In this document: in pieces, positions 19,574-30,598 of the stretch
How the letters are laid out: each line of letters opens with the position of its first letter
Position numbering within the stretch: position 1 is the first letter of the stretch
Origin: Vicinamibacterales bacterium
Lineage (GTDB): Bacteria > Acidobacteriota > Vicinamibacteria > Vicinamibacterales > UBA2999
Assembly (NCBI GenBank): GCA_041394685.1
Contig: JAWKHU010000061.1
Span: forward strand, 4,684 to 68,683
Direction of reading: 5' to 3'
Length of the DNA stretch: 64,000 nucleotides
Position numbers and translations under genes: made by a program
The notes under the pieces: generated by a model
Databases searched by the model: none
What the model saw: the letters and a program-made list of their open reading frames with translations, nothing else
Told to the model about the DNA's origin: nothing

Positions 19574-20455
19574 TTACGGGCACACGACGATGAGGGCTCC
19601 AGGACGGACCCGAGCCCGGATCCGCGTGCCGCCGCGGCACGGCTCCCCGTCCGTGTGGAAGGTGATGGGCGAGGCGCCGACCAGTTCCAGCGAGTCGGTC
19701 TGCGCCATGTGCAGGCCGGGGCCCGGCTCGAGCGTGCCGCGGAAGAGGGCCGGGATGCGCTGCACCAGGCGCCACAGCGGCTGGGCCTCCACCACCACCA
19801 GGTCCAGAATCCCGTCGTCGAGGCGGGCTGCTGGCGCGATGCGGGCGCCGTTGCCGTACTGCTGCGAGTTGGCCATGGCGACGAACCACGCGTCGTACTG
19901 CCGCGCCTCCTGTGCCAGCTGCACGGTGTACGGCACGGCACGATACCGCGGCAGTTCGGCGCAGGTGGCCTGCACGTAGCCGCGCAGTCCGCGGCGCGCG
20001 CCGGGACGCGTCAACCGTTCCGCAATCAGCGCGTCGAGGCCGACGCCGGCCACGTTGAAGAACAGGCTGTCGTCCACCGACCCCGCATCGATCACCCGGC
20101 GCCGGCCGGTTGCGGCAATCTCCAGCGCCCGAGCGGGATCGAGCGGGATGCCGAGCTCGCGCGCCAGGCCGTTGCCCGAGCCGCCGGGGACGATGGCCAT
20201 GGGCACCTGCGAGAAGGCCAGGGCGCTGCCCACCTCGTTGAGCGTGCCATCGCCGCCCCACGCGGCCACGACGGCGGCCCCGGCCGCGCGCGCGCGGCGC
20301 GCCCCCTCCCGCGCGTCGCCGCGGGCGGTGGTGACCACCACCTCGACGTCGTAGCCATGCCGGCGGAAGGCATCCCGCGCGAGGAGCACACGGCCATCGA
20401 TGGGCCGCCGCACGGGACCGGACCCGGGGTTGATGATGACGACGGCCAGCGGCAT
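19574..20455 (-). CDS. Diacylglycerol-kinase-family lipid kinase (YegS/BmrU-like)
   Basis: Intact 293-aa ORF: VIINPGSG, AWGGDGTLNEV, MAIVPGGSGNGLAREL. Confidence 0.88.
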   Translation of the reverse strand: MPLAVVIINPGSGPVRRPIDGRVLLARDAFRRHGYDVEVVVTTARGDAREGARRARAAGAAVVAAWGGDGTLNEVGSALAFSQVPMAIVPGGSGNGLARELGIPLDPARALEIAATGRRRVIDAGSVDDSLFFNVAGVGLDALIAERLTRPGARRGLRGYVQATCAELPRYRAVPYTVQLAQEARQYDAWFVAMANSQQYGNGARIAPAARLDDGILDLVVVEAQPLWRLVQRIPALFRGTLEPGPGLHMAQTDSLELVGASPITFHTDGEPCRGGTRIRARVRPGALIVVCP

Positions 20456-20551
20456 GGCGGCCTCAGGGAACGGCCGCGGCGCGGGCGGACGGATGCTCCG
20501 CGAGCGGTGGGCCGGGCGGAACGGGGACGAAGGCCATGCGCGCGGGGCGGC

Positions 20552-21059
20552 TCAGGGCGCGAGGCGCCGGAGCACGCGCGGCGACAGCAGCCACCGCAGC
20601 GTGCCGGGGCCGCCGAGCGTGGCTCCCGGGAGGTCGATGGCGCACACCGCGCCCTTCTTGAACTCGATGGTGCCGCGCGCGCCGAGCCAGCGGCCGGCAT
20701 GCTCGCCGAGGTCTGGTTCGTGGCCGACGAGCGCGATGCGCCGACTGCGGCGCGCGTGCCGCGTCACGGCCTCGACCAGGGCGGCAAAGCGCCCGCCGGG
20801 CGCCAGCGCGACCAGTGTCTCCACCTGCGGCGAGGGCGTGTAGCCCGCGGCGAGGATCGCGGCGGTTTCCTCCGCCCGAGTCAGCGGGCTCGTGAGGACG
20901 AGGTCGAACGCCACGCCCAGCGCGGCCAGCCCGCGCACGTGTGCCTTGAACCGCTTGATGCCCTCGGGCGTGAGCGGCCGCAGGCGATCGTCCGCACTGG
21001 GGCCCGCGTTCGGCGGCGATGGCATGGCGGACGAGATAGATTTCGACGACGGAGGCCAT
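20552..21059 (-). CDS. sixA: Phosphohistidine phosphatase SixA (one frame change near 21000)
   Basis: MASVVEIYLVRHAIAAERG carries the RHG motif and lies in ORF 20463..21170. LTPEGIKRF...LTSPLTRAEETA...LVGHEPDL lies in ORF 20552..21025. Confidence 0.8.
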
Positions 21060-21061
21060 GG

Positions 21062-21950
21062 TCAGGGCGCGCGACCGGCCAGCGACGCCGTGGCCGATGC
21101 CATGGACGCCTCGCACAGGTCGACGAGCGCCTGCCGCTGCCGCAGGAACGTGGCGTGGCCGCTGCGGCACTGCTCCTCCAGGGTCCGGACCAGCTTGTCA
21201 AGCTCCGCCGACAGGCGGAGATCACGTCCCGCGACGTCCGCCTGGACGTCCCGCACGTGGCCGAGCAGGACCTCGTAGTCGTGCATCTCGCCCAGCGCGT
21301 CCTGCAGCCGCTTGAGTCGCGTGATGCGGGCGGTGGCGCGGGACCGTGTCAGTTCGCGCTCGACCTCGAGCGCATAGCGCAGCTTCTTGGCCGCGACCCG
21401 GACGGTGTGCAGGCGCTCGGGTTCGTAGAGGCCCCCGGCGCGGCCGACGCTCTTGCGCAGCGTGCGCGCGATGGACGACGCGGCGGCGTGCACCGTCGAC
21501 CTCGGCATCGTGATCCTCCCGCGCCGTCGCGGCCTCGGGCGTGGCCCCGAGCCGTGCTTCCAGCTTGTGCACGCGCGCGGGCGTGATGATGTCGAGCATC
21601 GCGCGGCGCCGCGCGGCGCGCTCGGCCTTGAGGTGCGTGCGGACCGCGGCGAGGGCGCGTGCAGAGGCGCCGGAGCCGGGGCCCAGCTCCTCGAGGTGCG
21701 CGAGCGCGACGTCCAGCTCGCGGATGGGACCCGAGGCGCGCGTGATGCGGCGCACGTGCTTGCTGGCGCGATCCAGCTGCGGCGACTCGGCCGCCTCGGC
21801 GAGCACCGGCAGCACGGCGCGCAGCCGGCGTGACGCCACGCGGGCGCGGTGCACCGAGCCGACGTCACCGGAGGTGGCGGCCGGCAGCGCGTCGAGCAGT
21901 GTCAGCACCCGTTGCCGCAGCAACTTCGCCGGAAGGGATGTCCCAGACAT
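21062..21950 (-). CDS. CHAD domain-containing protein (one frame change near 21500)
   Basis: Two CHAD-type helices: VHRARVASRRLRAVLPVL and LHTVRVAAKKLRYALEV. Also LKRLQDALGEMHDYEVL. The stop is 2 nt from the sixA ATG. Confidence 0.8.
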
Positions 21951-21968
21951 GACGGTCGAATCGTGAAG

Positions 21969-21987
21969 CCTGACATTATACTGACCC
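21969..21987. promoter_or_regulatory. AT-rich 11-bp-phased direct repeat in the CHAD/ppx divergent spacer (Pho-box-like, or overlapping -10 hexamers)
   Basis: The plus strand reads CTGACAT-TATA-CTGACCC. The minus strand reads GTCAGT-ataat-GTCAGG and contains a perfect TATAAT. The plus strand also contains TATACT. Confidence 0.4.
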
Positions 21988-22002
21988 GGTCCTTCCAGCA
22001 TC

Positions 22003-23601
22003 ATGCGCCTGGCCGCCATCGACATCGGTACCAACTCGGTCCACATGATCGTGGTCCGGGTCCGCCCCGACTTCTCATTCGAGGTCATCGACCGCGAGAA
22101 GGAGATGGTGCGGCTGGGAGCCGGCGGCCTCGACGGACGCAAGCTGACGCGGGCGGCGCAGACCGCCGCCCTGCAGGCGCTCTCGAAGTTCGAGCGCATC
22201 GCGCGCTCGCACCAGGTGGACGAGATCCTCGCCGCCGCGACCAGCGCCACGCGCGAGGCGGAGAACGGCGGGGCCTTCCTGGCCGCCATCCAGCAGCAGA
22301 CGGGCATCCGCCCCCGCGTGATCACGGGCACCGACGAGGCACGCCTCATCCACCTGGCGGCCGTCTACGGCGTGGACACGCCGACGGCGGCCGTGGTCGT
22401 GGACATCGGCGGGGGCAGCGTGGAGATCACGCTGGGCAGCGGGCGCGAGGTGCACTTCGCGCGCAGCTTCAAGCTCGGGGTCATCCGGCTCGCGGAGCGC
22501 TTCGTCAGCGCGGATCCGATCGGCGGGCGCGACGAGCGCAAGATGGTGGAGTTCATCGGCGAGCAGGTGGACCGCTACGTCGGACACATCGTGCGCGAAG
22601 GGTTCGACCGGCTGATCGGCACCTCGGGCACGATCCTGTCGCTGGGCACCGTCGCAACGGCGCTGGAGCGCGGCACGGTGCCCGACGAGGTCCGCAACCT
22701 GCGCGTCCCGGCGAAGAGCCTGTCGCGGCTGCGCAAGAGCGTGACGCGCATGGACCTCGAGGAGCGGCTGGCGCTGCCCGGACTGGACCCGCGCCGCGCC
22801 GACATCATCGTCCCCGGCGCGATCCTGTTCGACACCCTGGTGCGCAAGCTGGGCGCGAAGGAGGTCACGCTATGCGACCTCGCGTTGCGCGAGGGGCTGG
22901 TCCTCGACTACATCCACGGGCACCGCAAGGACATCGCGCGCGTCGACCGGTATCCCGACGTGCGGCGGCGCTCGGCGGTGGAGCTGGCGGAGCGGTGCCA
23001 GTGGGAGGCCGACCATTCGCGGCAGGTGGCGCGCATCTCGCTGGCGATCTTCGACCAGACGCGCGCGCTGCACGGCCTGGGCGACCGCGAGCAGGAGTGG
23101 CTCGAGTACGCCGCGCTCCTCCACGACATCGGCAACCACATCAGCTACGAGCGCCACCACCGGCACTCCTACTACCTGATCAAGAACGGCGACCTGCGGG
23201 GCTTCGAGCCGGTGGAGATCGAGATCATCGCGCTGGTGGCCCGCTACCACCGGCGCGGGCGGCCCAAGAAGTCCCACGACGGCTACGCGGACCTGTCACC
23301 CGAGCAGCGGCGCACGGTCCGCATCCTGGCGGCCATCCTGCGCGAGGCCGAGACGCTGGACCGCTCGCGCAACGGGATCGTGGGCGAGGTCACGGTCAAG
23401 GACCGCGGACCCGACCTGCGGCTCCAGATCGAGGCCAACGGCGATGCCGAGCTGGAGGTCTGGGCCGGATCGCGGCAGCTCGAGGTGCTCGCTGACGAGC
23501 TGGGCAAGCCCATCGTGCTCGCCAAGCTGCAGCGGGAGCCGGTGGCGGCGTCGCGCCGCCGCCGCACGCCGTCGCGGCGCACGCTGGCCGCGGCTCGTTA
23601 A
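22003..23601 (+). CDS. ppx: Exopolyphosphatase / GppA-family phosphatase with C-terminal HD domain
   Basis: Intact 532-aa ORF: AAIDIGTNSVHMIVV, VVDIGGGSVEI, LLHDIGNHISYERHHRHSYYLI. Confidence 0.92.
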   Translation: MRLAAIDIGTNSVHMIVVRVRPDFSFEVIDREKEMVRLGAGGLDGRKLTRAAQTAALQALSKFERIARSHQVDEILAAATSATREAENGGAFLAAIQQQTGIRPRVITGTDEARLIHLAAVYGVDTPTAAVVVDIGGGSVEITLGSGREVHFARSFKLGVIRLAERFVSADPIGGRDERKMVEFIGEQVDRYVGHIVREGFDRLIGTSGTILSLGTVATALERGTVPDEVRNLRVPAKSLSRLRKSVTRMDLEERLALPGLDPRRADIIVPGAILFDTLVRKLGAKEVTLCDLALREGLVLDYIHGHRKDIARVDRYPDVRRRSAVELAERCQWEADHSRQVARISLAIFDQTRALHGLGDREQEWLEYAALLHDIGNHISYERHHRHSYYLIKNGDLRGFEPVEIEIIALVARYHRRGRPKKSHDGYADLSPEQRRTVRILAAILREAETLDRSRNGIVGEVTVKDRGPDLRLQIEANGDAELEVWAGSRQLEVLADELGKPIVLAKLQREPVAASRRRRTPSRRTLAAAR

Positions 23602-23636
23602 CCGCGATTTAACACGTCGGAAACTGCAGCGAAACG
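23598..23636 (+). promoter_or_regulatory. Candidate Pho-box array upstream of pstS (four hexamers at exact 11-bp phasing)
   Basis: TTAACC gcgat TTAACA cgtcg GAAACT gcagc GAAACG. The first unit overlaps the ppx stop codon. The array ends 21 nt before the pstS ATG. Confidence 0.55.
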
Positions 23637-23657
23637 GGGCTGGCATACCCTCGTGGG

Positions 23658-24689
<1,032 letters not shown>

Positions 24690-24692
24690 CGC

Positions 24693-25574
24693 ATGCGCAC
24701 CCGCAGGCTCGAGTGGGTCATCGAGCGCGCGCTCTTCGTGTGCGCCGCGCTCTCGGTGCTGACCACGGCCGGCATCGTGATGGTGCTCGCCGTCGAGACC
24801 GTCGGCTTCCTGCGCGAGGTGTCGATCGGCGAGTTCCTGTTCGGGACCCAGTGGACGCCCCTCTTCGCGAACCCGCGGTTCGGGGTGCTGCCGCTGGTGG
24901 CCGGCACGGTGCTCGTCTCGCTGATCGCGATGGTCGTGGCGCTGCCCATGGGCCTGCTGTCGGCCATCTACCTGAGCGAGTACGCGCCGGAGGGCCTGCG
25001 CCGGGTCGTGAAGCCGATCCTCGAGGTCCTGGCCGGCGTGCCGACGGTGGTCTACGGCTTCTTCGCCCTGCTCTTCGTGACGCCGCTGCTCCAGCGGGTC
25101 ATTCCGGGGATGGCGGGCTTCAACGCACTGAGCCCCGGCATCGTGATGGGCATCATGATCCTGCCGCTGGTGTCGTCGCTGGCCGAGGACGCGATGCGGG
25201 CGGTGCCGCGCGGCCTGCGGGAGGGCGCGTACGCGCTCGGCGCCACGCGCATGCAGACGTCGCTGCAGGTAGTGGTGCCCGCCGCCTTCTCCGGCATCAC
25301 CGCGGCGTTCATCCTCGCCGTGTCGCGCGCAGTGGGCGAAACCATGATCGTGGCGATCGCCGCGGGCCAGCAGCCGCGGCTCACGGCCAACCCGCTCGTG
25401 CCGCTCGAGACGATGACGGCCTACATCGTGCAGGTGAGCCTGGGCGACACGCCGCAGGGGACGCTCGAGTACCGGACGATCTTCGCCGTCGGCATGCTGC
25501 TCTTCCTGATGACCTTCGGCCTCAACCTGGTGAGCACCTGGCTGCGCGAGCGGTTCCGCGAGGAGTACTCGTGA
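24693..25574 (+). CDS. pstC: Phosphate ABC transporter permease PstC
   Basis: Intact 293-aa ORF, 6 TM segments. Permease motif [13 protein letters not shown]. Confidence 0.92.
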   Translation: MRTRRLEWVIERALFVCAALSVLTTAGIVMVLAVETVGFLREVSIGEFLFGTQWTPLFANPRFGVLPLVAGTVLVSLIAMVVALPMGLLSAIYLSEYAPEGLRRVVKPILEVLAGVPTVVYGFFALLFVTPLLQRVIPGMAGFNALSPGIVMGIMILPLVSSLAEDAMRAVPRGLREGAYALGATRMQTSLQVVVPAAFSGITAAFILAVSRAVGETMIVAIAAGQQPRLTANPLVPLETMTAYIVQVSLGDTPQGTLEYRTIFAVGMLLFLMTFGLNLVSTWLRERFREEYS

Positions 25575-26413
25575 AGCAGCGGGCCGACCTCGTCTTCCGC
25601 GTGCTGGCGCTCGGCACGCTGGTCTTCGCGCTCGCCACGCTCGGCGCCCTGCTGGTGGACGTCATCGGCGACGGCGCAGGCCGCCTGGACTGGCAGTTCG
25701 TGACCAGCCTGGCGTCGCGGCGCCCGGAGAATGCGGGCATCTACCACGCACTGGCCGGCAGCATCTGGGTCATCACGCTGACGGCGCTGCTGGCCCTGCC
25801 CCTCGGCGTGGCGGCTGCCGTCTACCTCGAGGAGTACGGCACGCGCAGCCGCGCCGCGCGCTTCATCGAGATCAACATCGCCAACCTCGCCGCCGTGCCC
25901 TCGATCATCTACGGGCTCCTCGGCCTCGGCGTGTTCGTCCGGCTGATGGGCATGGGACGCAGCGTCCTGGCGGGGGCGTGCACTTTGGCGCTGCTCGCCC
26001 TGCCGGTCGTCATCCTCTCGACGCGCGAGGCGCTCCGCACGGTACCGGGCTCCATTCGCGAGGGGTCCTACGCGCTCGGCGCCACCAAGTGGCAGACGAT
26101 CTGGCACCAGGTGCTGCCCATGGCGATGCCCGGCATCCTGACGGGCCTCATCCTGTCGCTCTCGCGCGCCATCGGCGAGACGGCCCCCCTCATCACGATC
26201 GGGGCCCTCACCTACATTCCCTTCGCCCCGGACGGCATCTGGTCCCCGTTCACGGTGTTGCCCATCCAGATCTTCAACTGGGTCTCGCGCCCGCAGGCCG
26301 CCTTCAAGGAGAACGCGGCGGCGGGTATTCTGGTGCTCATGGCGCTGCTGCTGACCATGAACGCCATCGCGGTGTTCCTGCGGGACCGCTTCCAGCGACA
26401 GAACCGACCATGA
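25571..26413 (+). CDS. pstA: Phosphate ABC transporter permease PstA
   Basis: GTG start overlaps the pstC stop (GTGA). [21 protein letters not shown]. This is the C-terminal part of ORF 24713..26413. Confidence 0.9.
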   Translation: MKQRADLVFRVLALGTLVFALATLGALLVDVIGDGAGRLDWQFVTSLASRRPENAGIYHALAGSIWVITLTALLALPLGVAAAVYLEEYGTRSRAARFIEINIANLAAVPSIIYGLLGLGVFVRLMGMGRSVLAGACTLALLALPVVILSTREALRTVPGSIREGSYALGATKWQTIWHQVLPMAMPGILTGLILSLSRAIGETAPLITIGALTYIPFAPDGIWSPFTVLPIQIFNWVSRPQAAFKENAAAGILVLMALLLTMNAIAVFLRDRFQRQNRP

Positions 26414-27246
26414 CCGTCACCACCCGCCCCCTCTCGTCGGTGACCGGGCTGGCCGCCCGCGGCGGCGGCCCGCCGTCGTCGGCCGACGCCCCGGTGAAGA
26501 TCGAGGCCGACCGGCTGAACTTCTATTACGGGGCCAAGCGGGCGCTGGACGGGATCTCGCTCCGCATCCGCGCCAACCTGGTCACCGCCTTCATCGGCCC
26601 GTCGGGGTGCGGCAAGAGCACGTTCCTGCGGACGCTCAACCGCATGAACGACATCATCCCCGGCACCCGCGTCGAGGGCACGGTGCTGGTGGACGGCCAG
26701 CCCATCTACGCGCCGGACGTGGACGTGGTCGCCCTCCGGCGGCGCGTGGGCATGGTCTTCCAGAAGTCCAACCCGTTCCCGAAGTCGATCTTCGAGAACG
26801 TCGCCTACGGCCTGCGGATCAACGGCATGGCCGGCAGCAAGGCGGAACTGCAGGACCGCGTGGAGGAGAGCCTGCGCCAGGCGGCCATCTTCGACGAGGT
26901 GAAGGACCGCCTCCACGAGTCGGCGCTGGCCCTGTCGGGCGGCCAGCAGCAGCGCCTCTGCATCGCGCGGGCGCTGGCCATCCGGCCCGAAATCCTGCTG
27001 ATGGACGAGCCCGCCTCCGCCCTCGATCCGATTGCCACGCAGCGCATCGAGGAACTCATCTACGACCTCAAGAACAGCTATACGATCGTGATCGTGACGC
27101 ACAACATGCAGCAGGCCGCCCGCGTCTCGGACTACACGGCGTTCTTCTGGCTCGGGCGCCTGGTGGAGTACGACCGCACCGACCGCATCTTCACCGCGCC
27201 CGCCGAGCGGCTCACCGAGGACTACGTCACGGGCCGCTGCGGCTGA
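26410..27246 (+). CDS. pstB: Phosphate ABC transporter ATP-binding protein PstB
   Basis: ATGA overlap with pstA. Walker [10 protein letters not shown], signature LSGGQQQRL, Walker B LLMDEP. Confidence 0.93.
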   Translation: MTVTTRPLSSVTGLAARGGGPPSSADAPVKIEADRLNFYYGAKRALDGISLRIRANLVTAFIGPSGCGKSTFLRTLNRMNDIIPGTRVEGTVLVDGQPIYAPDVDVVALRRRVGMVFQKSNPFPKSIFENVAYGLRINGMAGSKAELQDRVEESLRQAAIFDEVKDRLHESALALSGGQQQRLCIARALAIRPEILLMDEPASALDPIATQRIEELIYDLKNSYTIVIVTHNMQQAARVSDYTAFFWLGRLVEYDRTDRIFTAPAERLTEDYVTGRCG

Positions 27247-27259
27247 ACGGACTCCCCCG

Positions 27260-28009
27260 ATGGACCGACCGGTTCGACACTTCCAGGAAGAGCTCGAGGC
27301 GCTCAAGCAGCGCCTGCTCGCGATGGGCGGGCTGGCCGAGGAGCGCGTACGCGTCGCGGTCCGCGGCGTGGCCGAGCGGGAGCTCGACGACGTGCAGGCG
27401 GTGCTGTCGGGCGACGAGCCGATCAACGACCTGCACATCGAGGTCGACGACCGCTGCTTCAAGCTGCTGGCGCTGCACCAGCCGATGGCCGCCGACCTGC
27501 GGGTGATCGTCGCGGCGGTGAAGATCAACACCGACCTGGAGCGCGTGGGCGACCTGGCCGTGAACGTCGCCGAGGCGGGCAAGCGCTACCTGCACCACCC
27601 GCCGGTCAAGCCGCTCATCGACATCCCCCGGATGGGTGATGTCGCACAGGAGATGCTGCGCGACGCGCTCGACGCGTTCGTGCGTCGCGACATCTCGCTG
27701 GCGGAAGCGGTGCTGGCGAAGGACGACGAGCTCGACGCGCTGAAGACGCAGATCTTCCGGGAGCTCCTCACCTACATGCTCCAGGATCCGCACACGATCG
27801 AACCGGCGCTGGACCTGATCCTCATCTCGCGCCACCTCGAGCGTATCGGGGACCACGCGACGAACATTGCCGAGGACGTGATCTTCATGGTCTCGGCCCG
27901 CGACGTCCGGCACCAGGTCATGGACCTGCCGCCCGCGTTTCCCCTCGGGAGTAAGCGTCCGGGCACCGGTCTGCGGCCGAACCGCGGAAACCGCCCGGAT
28001 GGCATATAG
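27260..28009 (+). CDS. phoU: Phosphate signalling complex protein PhoU
   Basis: Intact 249-aa ORF with two PhoU repeats: DLERVGDLAVNVAE and HLERIGDHATNIAEDV. Confidence 0.92.
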   Translation: MDRPVRHFQEELEALKQRLLAMGGLAEERVRVAVRGVAERELDDVQAVLSGDEPINDLHIEVDDRCFKLLALHQPMAADLRVIVAAVKINTDLERVGDLAVNVAEAGKRYLHHPPVKPLIDIPRMGDVAQEMLRDALDAFVRRDISLAEAVLAKDDELDALKTQIFRELLTYMLQDPHTIEPALDLILISRHLERIGDHATNIAEDVIFMVSARDVRHQVMDLPPAFPLGSKRPGTGLRPNRGNRPDGI

Positions 28010-28132
28010 TGTCGATGAGAAATTTGCATGGATGCGGCCAAACACACGGTGATTCCACGGTTTGGCTGGACTACAATGGGCCGGTTGTGGGCCTCCGGGT
28101 CCGCGCGTCCTTATCCTCCGCGTCCTGGATAT

Positions 28133-29404
<1,272 letters not shown>

Positions 29405-29418
29405 GGAGCACGCGAGGG

Positions 29419-30459
29419 ATGCGGCTGGCCGTTCGTCCGCTTGCGCTGGTGGCCGGGGCCATGGCGTGCACGGCCGCCGGCCTCGCCGCCGCCCAGGCGC
29501 CGGCCGCCTTCGACAGCACGCGCGCCTACACGCACGTGCGGGAGCAGGTGTACGTTCCCGGGCCGGCCGGGACGCCGGCCAACGCCCGCACGCGCGCCTA
29601 CATCACCAAGGTCCTGGCCGCCGCCGGCTACAAGGCCGTCGAACAGGCCTTCGAGACCTCCACGCCCGTCGGCCGCGTCAAGATGGCCAACATCGTCGCG
29701 ACGCTGCCCGGCGAGCGGCCCGAACGCATCATTCTGGCCAGCCACTTCGACACCAAGCCCATCGACGAGTTCCGGTTCGTCGGCGCCAACGACGGCGGGT
29801 CAGGCACCGGCGTCCTGCTCGAGCTCGCCCGGGTGCTCAAGTCGAAGCCGCGGCCGCGCTTCACCATCGAGTTCCTGTTCTTCGACGGCGAGGAAGCCTG
29901 GGGCGAGTGGACCGGCACCAACCACACCTACGGCGGCCGCCGCGCACGTCTCGGCCCGCCAGGGCCGACAGCACGCTCGCCTCGATCAAGGCGCTCATCC
30001 TGCTCGACATGATCGGCGACCGCGGCCTCAACCGCGCGCGACACCAACTCCACGCGCTGGCTGACCGACATCGTCTGGGCGACGGCCAAGGCCTCGGCCA
30101 CGCCGCCCACTTCCCCCGACGAGCCCTTCCCCGTCGAGGACGACCATGGCGTTCGCGCAGGCGTTCCCTCGGTGGACCTGATCGACCTGGACTACGCCGC
30201 ATGGCACACGGCCCAGGACACCCTCGACCAGGTCAGCGCCCGCAGCCTGCAGGTGGTGGGCGACGTCGTGCTCGCGGCCCCGCCGGAGATCGGGCGCGGC
30301 TCGCCAAGCAAGCCACGAAGAACACGAAGGGCACGAAGGGCGCGAAGGGCACGAAGAAAGACAGGGGCGTGCAGCACACGGCGCGCGCGGAGCGTCCCCG
30401 CCAGCGGGCAGGACAGTCACCGGCCCAGGGCACGTGGCGAACGAACCCAGAAGGCATGA
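29419..30459 (+). pseudogene. Secreted M28-family peptidase / glutaminyl-cyclase-like (2-3 frame changes). The true end is probably near 30300; the as-assembled tail reads through repeat element A.
   Basis: Signal peptide MRLAVRPLALVAGAMACTAAGLAAAQA. Also ILASHFDTKP, GANDGGSGTGVLLELARV, FLFFDGEE, ALILLDMIGD, PVEDDH..., DLIDLDYAAWHTAQDTLDQVS. Confidence 0.75.
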
Positions 30460-30557
30460 GCCACAGCGTCGCCCGGCCTTGCTGCCGAGCTGTCGCTTAG
30501 TCCCGTGCCCTCCGTGCTCTTCGTGCTCTTCGTGTCCTTCGCGCCTTCGCGCTCGTG
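30314..30557. repeat. Convergent-spacer element A: two arrays of 9-bp tandem units in inverted orientation around a ~145-nt unique core
   Basis: Left arm 30314-30358: CACGAAGAA CACGAAGGG CACGAAGGG CGCGAAGGG CACGAAGAA. Right arm 30505-30557: GTGCCCTCC GTGCTCTTC GTGCTCTTC GTGTCCTTC GCGCCTTC GCGCTCGTG, the complement of the same unit family. Confidence 0.8.
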
Positions 30558-30598
30558 TTACCGGTGGGGATCTCTTCCAGCGATCTCGGCCTCGCTCT

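Noticed and set aside
28010-28132. Possible sigma-70-like promoter (GTGATT-n17-TACAAT) or small RNA in the phoU-gltA spacer.
   Set aside because: It is a single weak hexamer match in a 123-nt spacer with no supporting structure or conservation evidence available. That is not enough to report as a feature.
30314-30557. Possibility that the 9-mer arrays (here and at 57569..57786) are CRISPR arrays.
   Set aside because: The repeat period is 9 bp with no spacers. The units are degenerate. The arrays come as inverted pairs. No cas genes are present in the window.
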